Source: a virus
Length of the DNA: 24,597 nucleotides
Virus record (IMG/VR): IMGVR_UViG_3300022777_000060
Direction: 5' to 3' (one strand)
Position 1 is the stretch's first letter; the number at the start of each line of letters is the position of its first letter. Shown in pieces: positions 14,958-21,767 of the stretch. The notes beneath the pieces are model-generated. The model did no database searches. It saw only the letters and a list, made by a program, of their open reading frames with translations, and had not been told where the DNA came from. Both the position numbers and the translations under genes were made by a program.

Positions 14958-15251
14958 CTATTGAATGATGATACGTTCAGCGTCGATGAACTCTCGTCCG
15001 TCTTGAAACGTGACGAACACCGCGAAGTCTACGTTTTGGTATGGCAACTTGCCTACCTGAATCTTTTCAATGGTCCCATGAACTTCGCCAACCCGATCTC
15101 CTTCAGACTGTCCTTCTTGAAACGGATAAATGAGTTTTACCGTTTCACCTACGAGTTGATTGTTCAGTTCACGTCGAGCTGCGCGATAGGCGGCATTGAC
15201 TTGATCTTGAAATCGTTCTCTGGCGTCGGAAAGCACGTCTTCTTCAGGCAT
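14958..15251 (-). CDS. Hypothetical protein (97 aa)
   Basis: ORF track; A/C-rich leader. Confidence 0.75.
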   Translation of the reverse strand: MPEEDVLSDARERFQDQVNAAYRAARRELNNQLVGETVKLIYPFQEGQSEGDRVGEVHGTIEKIQVGKLPYQNVDFAVFVTFQDGREFIDAERIIIQ

Positions 15252-15332
15252 CGTCTTGTTGGGTTGGTTCGATTATAGCGCATATGCTTCAACTGATCAG
15301 CCGCCTGTTTGTTCGTGAAGGAAGTGTGAAAT

Positions 15333-15704
15333 CTACTTGGGCCGCACAACCAAGTCTTCTCTCTTCGGCCGCCAAATATCGTCAGTGACCTCAATCACGA
15401 CCTCCACTTTCGTCGTGTCTTCGAAGTTTTCGTAGAGATAAGCGTCAGTAGTGCGGTAGATGCCCTTCGGATGCATGACGTAAAGATTGCTTTGCCCGTC
15501 AACTGTCATGCGCTCTGCAAAGACTTGAGATCGGTCAGTAGGCTTATAGGTCGTTTTGGTTGTGACTACTCCTAATACGACGAATCCACAAACCGCGATA
15601 AGCGAACCTATCGCCAATCCTTCGCCCTTTCTATGACGTTCAGCAAAAATGACTGGAATGATAAGGCAGAGAAAAAGGATTACCAATCCCGACCACGTGC
15701 TCAT
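15333..15704 (-). CDS. Membrane protein with two N-terminal TM segments
   Basis: Hydrophobic segments; start moved downstream of tRNA-Thr. Confidence 0.7.
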   Translation of the reverse strand: MSTWSGLVILFLCLIIPVIFAERHRKGEGLAIGSLIAVCGFVVLGVVTTKTTYKPTDRSQVFAERMTVDGQSNLYVMHPKGIYRTTDAYLYENFEDTTKVEVVIEVTDDIWRPKREDLVVRPK

Positions 15705-15737
15705 TTGACAAAAAAGCCCGTAAGAAAGAAAATAAAG

Positions 15738-15814
15738 AGCCACCGGACGGATTCGAACCGCCGACTTCGCCCTTACGAGGGGCGCGCTCTGGACCGAACT
15801 AAAGCTACGGTGGC
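15738..15814 (-). tRNA. tRNA-Thr(CGT)
   Basis: CGCCC-CT CGT AA-GGGCG; U73. Confidence 0.95.
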
Positions 15815-15819
15815 TTGCA

Positions 15820-16020
15820 TTACAGGATGAGCCAGAGAAGCAAGGCGGTGATCATCAAGTACCCGATAACCATCGCCCAAAACATGCTTCTACCTGGCGC
15901 GCCGTGAGCGCCAAAAGCCGTAGGCTCGTAGAAGAAATAGTCGTACACTCGAAGCGCAACCCAAGCAGGAATGGCTCCAACGACCATCGCCGTCAAATGT
16001 GCCCAAACAAAGGTTCTCAT
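15820..16020 (-). CDS. Small 2-TM membrane protein (66 aa)
   Basis: Two hydrophobic segments. Confidence 0.7.
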   Translation of the reverse strand: MRTFVWAHLTAMVVGAIPAWVALRVYDYFFYEPTAFGAHGAPGRSMFWAMVIGYLMITALLLWLIL

Positions 16021-16023
16021 CAG

Positions 16024-16338
16024 TCAGTACTCCATTTCTTCAACTTCAAGTCCAAGCTCTTCGGCAAGGCTCGGGTCGCCGTCCGCAGACCAGGTCGTGA
16101 TTTCCGTGACTGGCGTTCCGTCTTCGCCACAGTAGTTCGGGCCGTTCTTGTAGTTCCAAACCACAAGAGGGCGTCCGGTGTCAGCATCCCTCACGTCCCA
16201 CTGAACGTCAATCTTGTACGTCTTTCCAGAAAGATCCTCTGGATAGCCGAGAGCGTCGACCAGCTCTTTGTAGCTGGCGTGGATCGTCATTGTTCGGCTG
16301 GTGCCGCCTGAACTGCCCTTTTGAATGTTCATGTTCAA
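16024..16338 (-). CDS. Hypothetical phage protein (104 aa)
   Basis: ORF track; GTS...ASY.EL...G.P...K.D..W pattern typical of small phage proteins. Confidence 0.8.
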   Translation of the reverse strand: MNMNIQKGSSGGTSRTMTIHASYKELVDALGYPEDLSGKTYKIDVQWDVRDADTGRPLVVWNYKNGPNYCGEDGTPVTEITTWSADGDPSLAEELGLEVEEMEY

Positions 16339-16367
16339 AAGTAAGTGGTTATGAGCAAAAGGTCAAG

Positions 16368-16443
16368 AGCACGGGGTGAGATTTGAACTCACGTTGACGC
16401 GGCTTTGCAGGCCGCCGCCTAAACCGGACTCGGCCACCCGTGC
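16368..16443 (-). tRNA. tRNA-Cys(GCA)
   Basis: GCGGC-CT GCA AA-GCCGC; U73. Confidence 0.95.
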
Positions 16444-16447
16444 ATTG

Positions 16448-16520
16448 AGGTGAGGGGTGGATTCAAACCACCGTAACAACCCTTGCGGGGCTGCGCCTAA
16501 TCGGACTCGGCCACCTCACC
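16448..16520 (-). tRNA. tRNA-Cys(GCA), atypical (C33, A19:U56)
   Basis: CAGCC-CC GCA AG-GGTTG; T-loop TTTGAAT; perfect acceptor stem; U73. Confidence 0.7.
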
Positions 16521-16592
16521 ATTGTTGTTACGTGCGTGTTTAATCGCTTGTTCCAGTGACTCGCACAACTTGTCGAAAACTTCAGCTTCCAT
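16497..16592 (-). CDS. 31-aa peptide resembling the HigA antitoxin N-terminal helix
   Basis: Manual translation MEAEVFDKLCESLEQAIKHARNNNGEVAESD*; fills the gap between the previous gene and the tRNA. Confidence 0.6.
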   Translation of the reverse strand: MEAEVFDKLCESLEQAIKHARNNNGEVAESD

Positions 16593-16596
16593 TGTC

Positions 16597-16788
16597 TTAT
16601 GTGATTATGGTCCAAGCTCCAACGAAGAAACACGCCACTGTGAAAATCCCAAACAGTAGGCAAATCATTCCGGAAACTTCTTTCGAAGGCTCAATGCCCA
16701 CTGCTCCAAGCAAAAACGCCAGAATCAACGTGAGCGGAGCACCTGCCCACATAAGCCCACGAAGCGTTTTTTCGAGAACCGAAAACAT
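16597..16788 (-). CDS. Small 2-TM membrane protein (63 aa)
   Basis: Two hydrophobic segments. Confidence 0.7.
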   Translation of the reverse strand: MFSVLEKTLRGLMWAGAPLTLILAFLLGAVGIEPSKEVSGMICLLFGIFTVACFFVGAWTIIT

Positions 16789-16790
16789 GG

Positions 16791-16979
16791 TCAGTTTTCG
16801 TGACTTGAGAAATAGTTCTCGCCGCTGATCGTTTCGGACTCTTCCCGAACGCCTTCCCGAATCTTTTGAGCAACTGCTTCTCGCGCCGCCTCTGATTCGA
16901 GATTCGCGTCACCGAACTGCTCTAAGGCGTCACGTGTAATATCGAGAAGGTCTTTCTCTTCAAAAAGAATCATTTCCAT
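16791..16979 (-). CDS. Hypothetical acidic protein (62 aa)
   Basis: ORF track. Confidence 0.7.
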   Translation of the reverse strand: MEMILFEEKDLLDITRDALEQFGDANLESEAAREAVAQKIREGVREESETISGENYFSSHEN

Positions 16980-17005
16980 ATCGGAGTGAGGAAGGTATAT
17001 TGTTG

Positions 17006-17081
17006 TAACCCCCCCGGGACTCGAACCCGGAAGCGTCGCGTTTTGAGCGCGACAGGTCTGCCAAATTCCCGTCAGGGGGCC
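17006..17081 (-). tRNA. tRNA-Leu(CAA) with short variable loop
   Basis: TCGCG-CT CAA AA-CGCGA; 5-nt variable loop; A73. Confidence 0.85.
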
Positions 17082-17091
17082 ATGTTATAAG

Positions 17092-17186
17092 TACCCCCGA
17101 GAGGACTCGAACCTCCAATCCCAAACCGATAGGCATTGGGCACAGGATCTTAAATCCCGCGTGTATACCAGTTCCACCACGAGGGC
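17092..17186 (-). tRNA. tRNA-Leu(TAA) with very long variable arm
   Basis: CGGGA-TT TAA GA-TCCTG; 26-nt variable region. Confidence 0.92.
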
Positions 17187-17191
17187 ATTCT

Positions 17192-17458
17192 TTACTCCAC
17201 TGGATAGTAACTGTACGTCAAGTGGCGGCCAACGTTGCTTTCTTCTGCCAAGCAGCTTCGAGTTGATAAATCAACTCTCGCCCAACGTTCATCTTTTTTG
17301 TGACCGTACTCAACAGCAGTTTCTAGCCTCACGGTTTCAAACATCCGAACCGTGCCGTCTTCGAGTTCTCTCGGAAGGATGATGAACACTTTTTCTTCGT
17401 CTTTGGCGAGCCACTCTTTGACCCGCTCAAGATTGTCGTCCTTCGACGTCAGAATCAT
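17192..17458 (-). CDS. Hypothetical protein (88 aa)
   Basis: ORF track 17192..17515 with ATG start at MILTSK. Confidence 0.65.
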   Translation of the reverse strand: MILTSKDDNLERVKEWLAKDEEKVFIILPRELEDGTVRMFETVRLETAVEYGHKKDERWARVDLSTRSCLAEESNVGRHLTYSYYPVE

Positions 17459-17654
17459 CGTTGCAGTTCCGAAGATTCGGAATCTCGTGAGCGTACTTGC
17501 GAGTGCCGTCTTCAAACATCAAAAGAAGATCTGGATTGCACTCTCCGGGGACACAGAAGCTTTCGTTTTTGAACATCCAACTTTCCAGCTTCTTACACTC
17601 GTTCCCTACGTCAATCCACTTCGTATCTGTAAAGTCGTTGAGCTGTACAGACAT
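17427..17654 (-). CDS. Hypothetical protein (75 aa)
   Basis: ORF track 17427..17714 with the start moved downstream of the tRNA. Confidence 0.6.
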   Translation of the reverse strand: MSVQLNDFTDTKWIDVGNECKKLESWMFKNESFCVPGECNPDLLLMFEDGTRKYAHEIPNLRNCNDDSDVEGRQS

Positions 17655-17655
17655 G

Positions 17656-17730
17656 TGCGGAGGGAGGGGATCGAACCCCCATGCGCCACGGTCTGAACGT
17701 GACAGGTCTGCCAATTCCCGTCACCTCCGC
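17656..17730 (-). tRNA. tRNA-Leu(CAG) with short variable loop
   Basis: TCACG-TT CAG AC-CGTGG; 5-nt variable loop; A73. Confidence 0.85.
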
Positions 17731-17740
17731 GTATATAAAG

Positions 17741-17847
17741 TGCCGAGGACAGGAGTCGAACCTGCACGTGGCGCTGAGTGGCGCCACACTGGATCCTCAG
17801 TCCAGCACGTCTACCACGGGCTGAAAACCCTATTCCGTCACCCCGGC
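17741..17847 (-). tRNA. tRNA-Leu(GAG) with an extra hairpin in the D-loop
   Basis: CTGGA-CT GAG GA-TCCAG; D-loop insert GGGTT-TTC-AGCCC. Confidence 0.8.
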
Positions 17848-18093
17848 ATGTACCTGAACCTCTCCCCCAAGCTTCTTATACTCTTCCTCTGCGTACCGCT
17901 CAGAAACGTCCAGAGCCGTTCCATCATTTCTCTCCATCCGGTAGCGGACATCGCCCGTCCAGCTGTTCTCTTCTTTGATGATGTAAACCTTCCGAACGCT
18001 CTCTTGGCCGAACGCATTTCCGAAGACACCGTACTCTGACTCACAGCCAAGCTCTTCCCAAGTGCCGAGAAGATTCTTGATGGAACGAAGCAT
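17830..18093 (-). CDS. Hypothetical protein (87 aa)
   Basis: ORF track; stop lies inside tRNA-Leu(GAG). Confidence 0.7.
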   Translation of the reverse strand: MLRSIKNLLGTWEELGCESEYGVFGNAFGQESVRKVYIIKEENSWTGDVRYRMERNDGTALDVSERYAEEEYKKLGGEVQVHAGVTE

Positions 18094-18129
18094 AGAATGT
18101 CAAAACCTGTTGAGGAAAACAGTAAGTCG

Positions 18130-18216
18130 TAGGGACGGAGGGAATCGAACCCCCAATCCATATTTCAGGCGCTGGCTCCTAAGGCCAGTGCGTATGCCTA
18201 ATTCCGCCACGCCCCC
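18130..18216 (-). tRNA. tRNA-Leu(TAG)
   Basis: CTGGC-CT TAG GA-GCCAG; long variable arm. Confidence 0.95.
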
Positions 18217-18222
18217 ATTATG

Positions 18223-18567
18223 TCAAAACTCCATTTCGATGACGTACTCCCCTTTCGGAATGTGTCCATCTTGAGCGAGCTTGTTCAAAAGCGGGCCGGT
18301 CATGTGCCGGGTGTCCGGAGCGACGTAATACTCTTTGTCTCTTTGCTCTTCAAGCTGCTCGAAAAAGTCTTGAATGCCTTTCTGGTCGTAATCAGAAATC
18401 TCCCCGTTCACGCTTACCGTGTAGCTTCCACCCGGTGACGCGCTTTCTTCAAGGTCAGAGGGAACGTTGAAATGCGGAACGTCATATTGCTCCTGCAGCC
18501 ACTCTTCAACGTCCCACTGCTTGATGAAGTATTTCGTCTTCGACTTCGGTTCGTACGTCGTACCCAT
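18223..18567 (-). CDS. Hypothetical acidic protein (114 aa)
   Basis: ORF track. Confidence 0.8.
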   Translation of the reverse strand: MGTTYEPKSKTKYFIKQWDVEEWLQEQYDVPHFNVPSDLEESASPGGSYTVSVNGEISDYDQKGIQDFFEQLEEQRDKEYYVAPDTRHMTGPLLNKLAQDGHIPKGEYVIEMEF

Positions 18568-18593
18568 AAGTATAACCTAGCTGATTGAAAAAG

Positions 18594-18842
18594 TCAAATT
18601 TCTCGGGTTTCCCAATATGAGGTTATTTCAATCTCTGGATTCTCTCGCGCCCACTCGGCGAAAGCGATCGGATCACGAAATATCTCTTCCATAGCGTCTT
18701 CCGCCTCTTTCTCGTAAACGTCATTGATGTCGACGATATCTTCGGCGTGCTCTACTGGAGCGATATAGTACGTAACCCATCCGTCGTGGTGATCACCTGA
18801 ACTTCCATAGGAGCCTTTTTTGTTATCAGAAAAAACTAGCAC
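18594..18842 (-). CDS. Hypothetical acidic protein, start uncertain (GTG at the tRNA-Trp 3' end, or TTG at 18920 reading through the tRNA)
   Basis: Acidic, protein-like C-terminal 80 aa of ORF 18594..18920. Confidence 0.55.
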   Translation of the reverse strand: MLVFSDNKKGSYGSSGDHHDGWVTYYIAPVEHAEDIVDINDVYEKEAEDAMEEIFRDPIAFAEWARENPEIEITSYWETREI

Positions 18843-18913
18843 GACCGGCAGGACTCGAACCCGCAACCGGAGGATTTGGAGTCCCCTGCTCTGCCAAATT
18901 GAGCTACGGCCGT
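18840..18913 (-). tRNA. tRNA-Trp(CCA)
   Basis: GGGGA-CT CCA AA-TCCTC; A1:U72, G73. Confidence 0.95.
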
Positions 18914-18916
18914 ATG

Positions 18917-19219
18917 TCAAAAGTCTTCGTAGTCTAAAACGGGCTTCTCGAACGCCTGTTTCATCATTTCGACGTCCTTCTTCAAAACTTCAATGTCTTC
19001 GCCAGCGACCGGAACAGGATTCTTCGTGCAGGATCGGGGCTCGTCTTGTGAGTTGTAATACACTTCGTGAATCGCAATCTTCTCGCCGTGTTCGGTTTGG
19101 CGACGAATCAAACGGTAGTTCCAACCGCCCCCGATAATGTCCAGTGTCGAGCCTTCCGGATCTTCCTCGCGGCTCATACCGTCAGTTTCGTCAATCCACT
19201 CTTCGATGTCATCACTCAT
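18917..19219 (-). CDS. Conserved-looking hypothetical phage protein
   Basis: WNYRLIR...IHEVYYN...P pattern; start MSDDIEE coupled to the upstream stop. Confidence 0.8.
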   Translation of the reverse strand: MSDDIEEWIDETDGMSREEDPEGSTLDIIGGGWNYRLIRRQTEHGEKIAIHEVYYNSQDEPRSCTKNPVPVAGEDIEVLKKDVEMMKQAFEKPVLDYEDF

Positions 19220-19484
19220 TCTTGTATTCCTCCAGCTCTGTTTCAAGCTGCTTTTTGAAGCGAATAAGGGATTCTAATGAAAGCACTGCGTTGTAGTTTG
19301 TTTCGTCCTCGTTTACTTCTTCACGGAGACTTTCAATCCGCTTTTCGGCTTCTTTGATTTTGGCACGCAACCGCCCTTCCGCAGCAGTATCGAAGACCCG
19401 TTCGAAAAACTCTTCCCACTCTTCATCGGAAAGATCCTCAATGTCTTCAAGTCGAAAACTGCCCATATCCGGAACCGCTTTCAA
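19212..19484 (-). CDS. Acidic coiled-coil protein; possibly the C-terminal part of a gene starting at 19604 and interrupted by TAA
   Basis: ORF track; in frame with ATG at 19604. Confidence 0.65.
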   Translation of the reverse strand: MKAVPDMGSFRLEDIEDLSDEEWEEFFERVFDTAAEGRLRAKIKEAEKRIESLREEVNEDETNYNAVLSLESLIRFKKQLETELEEYKNE

Positions 19485-19641
19485 GCAAACCCATAAACGG
19501 CAGGCTTCGCCGTATTTTCTTGTTTCAAGTGATTATCGGTCCAAGCAGCGTGCGCCTCCGTAAAGGAAAAGCACAAAACCACCGAGGACGAATACCTCAA
19601 ACATAAGGTTGGGTTTGCTTTTGAATGAGAAAGAAAGCTAG

Positions 19642-19717
19642 AGCGGCAGGTCGGATTTGAACCGACGGCCTCCAGCATGGCAAGCTAGCGCCCTAGACCG
19701 AACTAGACCACTGCCGC
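19642..19717 (-). tRNA. tRNA-Gly(GCC)
   Basis: CTAGC-TT GCC AT-GCTGG; G1C2G3, U73. Confidence 0.95.
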
Positions 19718-19956
19718 TTTTTTGAAGAGTACCCCCTTTCTTCTACGAGCCTCTGTACGGTAACTCCCCAAGGCTTCGGATCTTCAACAACGTCCCTGTC
19801 TCCAACCCGAAGCGATTTTCCGTTTCCTTCGCCGGGATGAATCTCTTTCTCTACTTTCTTTTTGCCACCATCTTCCACGACGACACAAGGCATGTTTGGC
19901 CCCCCATACCAACGGACATATACACGATCTCCGATTTCGAAATCAGAAAGGTTCAT
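19693..19956 (-). CDS. Hypothetical protein (87 aa)
   Basis: ORF track; stop lies inside tRNA-Gly. Confidence 0.7.
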   Translation of the reverse strand: MNLSDFEIGDRVYVRWYGGPNMPCVVVEDGGKKKVEKEIHPGEGNGKSLRVGDRDVVEDPKPWGVTVQRLVEERGYSSKKRQWSSSV

Positions 19957-19988
19957 AGCAAAATCAAACAGGTTGAGAAAGAAAAGAG

Positions 19989-20063
19989 TACCCCCGGAAG
20001 GATTCGAACCCTCGTCAGAACCGATTAGAAGTCGGTTGCCTATCCTGGCTCGGCCACAGGGGC
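19989..20063 (-). tRNA. tRNA-Arg(TCT)
   Basis: ACCGA-CT TCT AA-TCGGT; A20. Confidence 0.95.
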
Positions 20064-20073
20064 ATTTCGAATG

Positions 20074-20163
20074 TTATATATAGAGCAACGCAATCAAAGT
20101 TCCGAGAAGAGTACCAAGAATGAAAAGTCCAAGTGGCCACTCTTGTTTCAGGTACTCAAGCAT
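20074..20163 (-). CDS. Single-TM micropeptide (29 aa)
   Basis: MLEYLKQEWPLGLFILGTLLGTLIALLYI*. Confidence 0.55.
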   Translation of the reverse strand: MLEYLKQEWPLGLFILGTLLGTLIALLYI

Positions 20164-20380
20164 ATTCAGGTTGAACGAGGTTGCGTTGCTTTTGAGCAGT
20201 AGACCGTACGTAGACGAAAACCGCGCACCCGTTTTCGTACTGCCCGTTGAACTGGTATATCGATACCTTGTCACGGCTGTACATTCCGCCTTCTTTTGTC
20301 TGGATCTTGATCCGATCCGGCCGGTGATTGAACTTGAAGTGTTCGCTTGTGTGTTTGCCGCCATCGAGAACGGCGATCAT
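20156..20380 (-). CDS. Hypothetical protein (74 aa, start MIAVLDGG)
   Basis: ORF track 20156..20419 with an ATGA-coupled start. Confidence 0.65.
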   Translation of the reverse strand: MIAVLDGGKHTSEHFKFNHRPDRIKIQTKEGGMYSRDKVSIYQFNGQYENGCAVFVYVRSTAQKQRNLVQPEYA

Positions 20381-20466
20381 AGCAAACTGAAAAGCGTTAT
20401 GATTGCAACAAGAACGCAACCCACGGCAAATCCCGCAAGCATAGCGTGTTTCGTATCTCTACTCAT
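20377..20466 (-). CDS. Single-TM micropeptide (29 aa)
   Basis: MSRDTKHAMLAGFAVGCVLVAIITLFSLL*; ATGA overlaps on both sides. Confidence 0.6.
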   Translation of the reverse strand: MSRDTKHAMLAGFAVGCVLVAIITLFSLL

Positions 20467-20549
20467 ATCAGTATAAGCGTGTATAGCAAAAATGTCAAGG
20501 CCACGCCGACTGTAAACCCCGTGGCAAACGAGCTTTCCTTAGTCTTCAT
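20463..20549 (-). CDS. Single-TM micropeptide (28 aa)
   Basis: MKTKESSFATGFTVGVALTFLLYTLILI*. Confidence 0.55.
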   Translation of the reverse strand: MKTKESSFATGFTVGVALTFLLYTLILI

Positions 20550-20826
20550 GTTGGCTAAAGAACTCTTGAAAGCGCTCAAACTCTTCGCTATCCACCGTGA
20601 ACATCGTGTGGTCCCAACCTCCATGCCGTCCAGTGAACACGTACTTCAAAGCTTCCCAAACCCTCTTGTACCACGAAAGATACTCACGCATCTGAACGTG
20701 CATAGAGTAAAAAGCAGGAAAGTCGTCAGACTCTTCGTTACCTGAATACGTCACCCGTAAACTGTGTGCGTCAAGGTGACAGTCACAATCAAAATGCTCA
20801 GTCTTCAATGTTTCCTCGTGTTCCAT
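20539..20826 (-). CDS. Hypothetical phage protein (95 aa)
   Basis: ORF track; CDC...H and WYKRVWEALKYVF. Confidence 0.8.
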   Translation of the reverse strand: MEHEETLKTEHFDCDCHLDAHSLRVTYSGNEESDDFPAFYSMHVQMREYLSWYKRVWEALKYVFTGRHGGWDHTMFTVDSEEFERFQEFFSQHED

Positions 20827-20971
20827 AACCGATTTCTAGTTTTTGAGATTGATCAACTAGTTTTTGTAGTGCCTCAACTTGCTTTCTGGCCTCTTCGATC
20901 GCCTCTTCCATAGAATCAGACTCTCCGTGTTTGAGGCGTCTCAAAGCAATGTCGTGGATTGTGCGTTTCAT
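20798..20971 (-). CDS. Hypothetical protein (57 aa)
   Basis: Manual translation MKRTIHDIALRRLKHGESDSMEEAIEEARKQVEALQK... Confidence 0.55.
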   Translation of the reverse strand: MKRTIHDIALRRLKHGESDSMEEAIEEARKQVEALQKLVDQSQKLEIGYGTRGNIED

Positions 20972-20972
20972 G

Positions 20973-20992
20973 AGCCAGAAGCGAGATTTGAA
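20973..20992 (-). pseudogene. 3' remnant of an older tRNA (T-loop, T-stem 3' strand, acceptor 3' strand, U73; Thr-like)
   Basis: TTCAAAT-CTCGC-TTCTGGC-T, 1 nt after tRNA-Thr. Confidence 0.6.
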
Positions 20993-20993
20993 G

Positions 20994-21068
20994 AGCTGGA
21001 GGTCAGATTCGAACTGACGGATCTGCTAGATACCAACTAGCTGCCTTACCGAGCTTGGCCACTCCAGC
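20994..21068 (-). tRNA. tRNA-Thr(GGT)
   Basis: GCTAG-TT GGT AT-CTAGC; acceptor GCTGGAG/CTCCAGC-T. Confidence 0.95.
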
Positions 21069-21767
21069 TTACAAAACAAAATCTTTTGCCATTCTACACT
21101 CTTGTCCGTTTTTCGGAAGTTCTATTCTAAGGTGAAAACTGTGATGGCAGTTTTCAACTTCTTCAAACGGAACAAGATAACACTCACCCGTTTCTTTTGA
21201 GTATGTTGCAAAATAGTCTACTTGACCGTGATAAGTATAAGTTTTTCCACCCGATACACTACACGTTCTTATTTGAAGTCTTTCTCCATTTTTTGACTTC
21301 GGAGTTTTACATTGAACCCTCTGAAAGTTTTCGTTCTCATCTTCAAAAACAATGTCATATCTATCATTCTCTCCATAAGGTTCCAGCACAGTGTGACCGA
21401 GTTCAACAAGTCTTGTTGCTACTTTCAACTCGGTCAGGTCACCCTTATCTTTTTTATGTTGTGTCGGTCCAGAGTTCTCTTTTACTTTTCGGACTTTTTT
21501 CTTTTTATCTCCATACTTTTGAACCGTGCTTTCACTTACATCAAAGCGGTCTGCAGTTTGTTCTTTTGTATAGTTTTTGTAATATTCGCGTATTTTTTCT
21601 TGCTCTTCTTCGCTTATTTCTTTTTGCTTCTTGCCTATATCTTCAAGTCCTTCTTGCTTGCAATGGTAAGATATCGTCCCTTTCGAACAATCAAGCTCTT
21701 CTTTTATTTCGTTATAGGTCTTGCCTTCCTTTCGAAGTCGTATGATGTCTTTCTTATACTTGCTCAT
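21069..21767 (-). CDS. Tandem-HTH plus PD-(D/E)XK endonuclease (I-Ssp6803I / group I intron-associated PDDEXK_5-like), free-standing
   Basis: KGDLTE...PYGENDRYDIV...RVQCKT...VDYFATY...YLVP; two N-terminal HTH-like repeats; AT-rich relative to flanks. Confidence 0.85.
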   Translation of the reverse strand: MSKYKKDIIRLRKEGKTYNEIKEELDCSKGTISYHCKQEGLEDIGKKQKEISEEEQEKIREYYKNYTKEQTADRFDVSESTVQKYGDKKKKVRKVKENSGPTQHKKDKGDLTELKVATRLVELGHTVLEPYGENDRYDIVFEDENENFQRVQCKTPKSKNGERLQIRTCSVSGGKTYTYHGQVDYFATYSKETGECYLVPFEEVENCHHSFHLRIELPKNGQECRMAKDFVL

